64,000 nt of DNA, taken from assembly GCA_005887895.1 (NCBI GenBank), contig VBPC01000173.1, positions 3,006-67,005 of the forward strand. Reading direction: 5' to 3'. This DNA is from Candidatus Rokuibacteriota bacterium. Its GTDB lineage: Bacteria > Methylomirabilota > Methylomirabilia > Rokubacteriales > CSP1-6. Both the position numbers and the translations under genes were made by a program. Below, piece after piece: positions 62,223 to 64,000 of the stretch (within the stretch, counting starts at the first letter, position 1; every line of letters starts with the position of its first letter). The notes below the pieces were generated by a model. That model did not search any database. It was not told the origin of the DNA and worked only from the letters and a program-made list of their open reading frames with translations.

Positions 62223-63274
62223 ACATCCTGGTGACCGGAGGCGCCGGCTTCATCGGCTCGCACGTCGCCGAGGCGTACGCACGCCAGGGCGATCGCGTCG
62301 TCGTCGTCGACAATCTCTCGCGGGCGCAGCTGCTGCACGCCTCGCCGCGCACCGCCGAGTTCACGTGGAACCTCCTCGCCAAGACGCCGAATGTCAGCTG
62401 CGTCCGGGGAGACGTGCGCGACGCCGCGCTGATCGCCGACATCGTCCGCGACGTGGACGCCATCGTGCACACCGCGGGGCAGACGGCGGTGACGACGTCG
62501 CTCACCGATCCCGTGGCCGACTTCGAGACGAACGTCGTGGGGACCTTCCGCGTGCTGGAGGCGGCCCGGGCGGCCGGCCGGGCGATCCCCGTCGTCTTCA
62601 CGTCGACCAACAAGGTGTACGGCGAGAACGTCAACGCGCTCGGCGTGCGCGAGGCCGGCGCCCGCTACGTGTTCACGTCGGGCCACGAGGACGGCGTGCC
62701 CGAGACGCTGTCGGTCGATCACACCAAGCACACGCCCTACGGCGCCTCCAAGCTCGCCGCCGACCTCTACGTGCAGGAATACGGGCGGCTCTACGGTCTG
62801 CCGACGGCCGTCTTCCGCATGAGCTGCATCTGCGGCCGGCGCCAGTTCGGCGTGGAGGACCAGGGCTGGGTCGCCCACTTCGTGATCTCCGCGCTGCTCG
62901 GCCGCCCGCTGACGATCTACGGCGACGGCAAGCAGGTGCGCGACGTGCTCTTCGTCGACGATCTGGTCGAGGCCATGCAGGCCTTCATCGCGCGGCCGGC
63001 CGCCGGCGGCCTGGTCTGCAACGTGGGGGGCGGCCCGCGCTTGACGCTCTCGCTCCTCGAGCTGCTGGACTTCCTCGAGCGCGAGACGGGCCGGCGGCCG
63101 CCGGTTCGGTTCGCCGACTGGCGGGCGTCCGACCAGCGCGTCTACGTCTCCGACGTGCGCCGCGCCGCCGACGTCCTCGGCTGGCGGCCGCGCACGTCGC
63201 CCGCCGATGCCGTGCGCGCCATGCTCGCCTGGGTCGCCGACCACCGCGAGCTCTTCCAGGAGTCGGTGTCCTGA
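62219..63274 (+). CDS. NAD-dependent sugar-nucleotide epimerase/dehydratase (CDP-paratose/tyvelose 2-epimerase-like)
   Basis: The blocks are ILVTGGAGFIGSHVAEAY and YGASKLAADLYVQEY (YxxxK). Confidence 0.8.
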   Translation: MNILVTGGAGFIGSHVAEAYARQGDRVVVVDNLSRAQLLHASPRTAEFTWNLLAKTPNVSCVRGDVRDAALIADIVRDVDAIVHTAGQTAVTTSLTDPVADFETNVVGTFRVLEAARAAGRAIPVVFTSTNKVYGENVNALGVREAGARYVFTSGHEDGVPETLSVDHTKHTPYGASKLAADLYVQEYGRLYGLPTAVFRMSCICGRRQFGVEDQGWVAHFVISALLGRPLTIYGDGKQVRDVLFVDDLVEAMQAFIARPAAGGLVCNVGGGPRLTLSLLELLDFLERETGRRPPVRFADWRASDQRVYVSDVRRAADVLGWRPRTSPADAVRAMLAWVADHRELFQESVS

Positions 63275-64000
63275 AGGTCGGGCTGTTGATCCCGTCGTTC
63301 CTGCCGGTGCTCGGCGGCGCCGAGATCGGCGCGCTCGAGCTGGCGAAGCGCCTGACCGCCCGCGGCCACGCGGTGGCGGTGGCCACGCCGCAGCTGGATC
63401 CCGCGTGGCCGCGCCACCAGACGCTCGACGGCGTCGACGTCCATCGCTATCCGGTGGTCGCGGCCGGCGGCCGCGGGCGGACGGCGAACATCGTCGTCGC
63501 GTCGCTCCGGCACCTCGGATCTCTGTGGCGACGGCTCGCCCCCGACGTCATCAATCAGCACTATCTGCTGCCGACCGGGGTCGCCGGCCAGTGGTGGGCG
63601 GGGCGCCTCGGCATCCCGACGGTGACCACGCTGATCGGCATGGACGTCTGGGACCCGCACTACCGTCCGGCCGCGCCGTGGCGCGCGCTCATGCGACGCG
63701 CGATCCGTCGCACGCAGGCGGTGACGTGCATCTCGTCGTTCGTGGCCGACGTCGTGCGCCGCGAGTATCCGCCGGGCCCCGGCGTGCCGTGCCGGGTCGT
63801 GCCGTACGGGGTGGACGTGAAGACGTTCCGGCCGGGGCCGACGGCGATGCGACAACGCTACGGCCTGACGGCCGCCGACCGGATCGTCCTCACTGTGCAG
63901 CGGCTCTATCCGCGCAAGGGGGTGGCGACGTTTCTCGAGGCCGCCGCCCTCGTCGTTCGCGAGGCGCCCGACGCGCGCTTCGTGATCGTCGGCGACGGGC
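63271..64000 (+). CDS. GT4-family glycosyltransferase, N-terminal part (runs off the window end)
   Basis: The sequence KVGLLIPSFLPVLGGAEIGALELAKRLTARGHAVAVATPQ and the later ...LTVQRLYPRKGVATFLEAAALV are typical GT4 blocks. The start codon is ambiguous: there is no in-frame ATG or GTG near the upstream stop, and CTG 63271 or TTG 63283 are possible. Confidence 0.6.
   Translation, partial: MKVGLLIPSFLPVLGGAEIGALELAKRLTARGHAVAVATPQLDPAWPRHQTLDGVDVHRYPVVAAGGRGRTANIVVASLRHLGSLWRRLAPDVINQHYLLPTGVAGQWWAGRLGIPTVTTLIGMDVWDPHYRPAAPWRALMRRAIRRTQAVTCISSFVADVVRREYPPGPGVPCRVVPYGVDVKTFRPGPTAMRQRYGLTAADRIVLTVQRLYPRKGVATFLEAAALVVREAPDARFVIVGDG

Noticed and set aside
1-64000. A search for tRNA/rRNA genes, transposases, integrases, phage genes and CRISPR arrays
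   Set aside because: There are no T-loop-like (GGTTCGAATCC-type) islands or rRNA-like low-GC segments, and no DDE, tyrosine or serine recombinase motifs among the translated ORFs. No element of this kind can be supported from the sequence.

Overview
This 64-kb, roughly 70% GC window is a bacterial chromosomal segment. I found no rRNA, tRNA, CRISPR array, transposase or integrase; most genes are tightly packed and overlap at their start/stop codons. Coordinates were derived by eye from the sequence plus the ORF track and may be off by 1-3 nt. Main blocks in order:

- **Positions 1-593:** the 5' fragment of ftsH on the minus strand.
- **0.8-13.9 kb, respiratory island:** a cytochrome bd subunit-I homologue with no CydB partner, three c-type cytochromes (one fused to an EB_dh-like haem-b domain), and two paralogous cupredoxins bracketing an A-family haem-copper oxidase operon (coxB [internally deleted and frameshifted]-coxA-ctaA-ctaB-small ORF-cox3-small CxxC ORF-cox3-cox4-DUF983).
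- **13.9-19.2 kb operon:** a universal-stress protein carrying two PCP_red domains, a radical-SAM/SPASM enzyme with a PCP_red tail, a membrane protein, an Mrp/ApbC ATPase and a NUDIX hydrolase.
- **19.4-25.4 kb:** PAC2, M23 peptidase, a Lys/Arg-rich histone-like protein, an HpnC/D-like squalene synthase and a stand-alone Cas4-like nuclease.
- **25.4-30.8 kb, minus strand:** a heptad-repeat protein, ECF sigma, zinc anti-sigma, a small secreted protein, DUF3106-like, DUF1800 and DUF1501.
- **31-42 kb:** M24 peptidase, SDR, a ParB-like nuclease-domain protein, a LIV-type ABC transporter, methyltransferase, HAD hydrolase and M81 peptidase.
- **42-49.2 kb:** cupin, epimerase, a peptide ABC transporter, YjbQ and a bifunctional Sat/CysC.
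- **49.2-64 kb:** a regulator, an MsbA-like exporter and a pseudaminic-acid-type nonulosonic-acid cluster (pseB, pseC [internally deleted and frameshifted], pseG, a GT-B-like protein, pseI, pseH, an oxidoreductase, a cytidylyltransferase-aminotransferase fusion, two methyltransferases, an epimerase and a partial GT4).

The strongest leads are the bd-like/cytochrome c/cupredoxin respiratory module, the PCP_red-rich radical-SAM operon, two parallel roughly 80-100-nt lesions in coxB and pseC, and several structured repeats.
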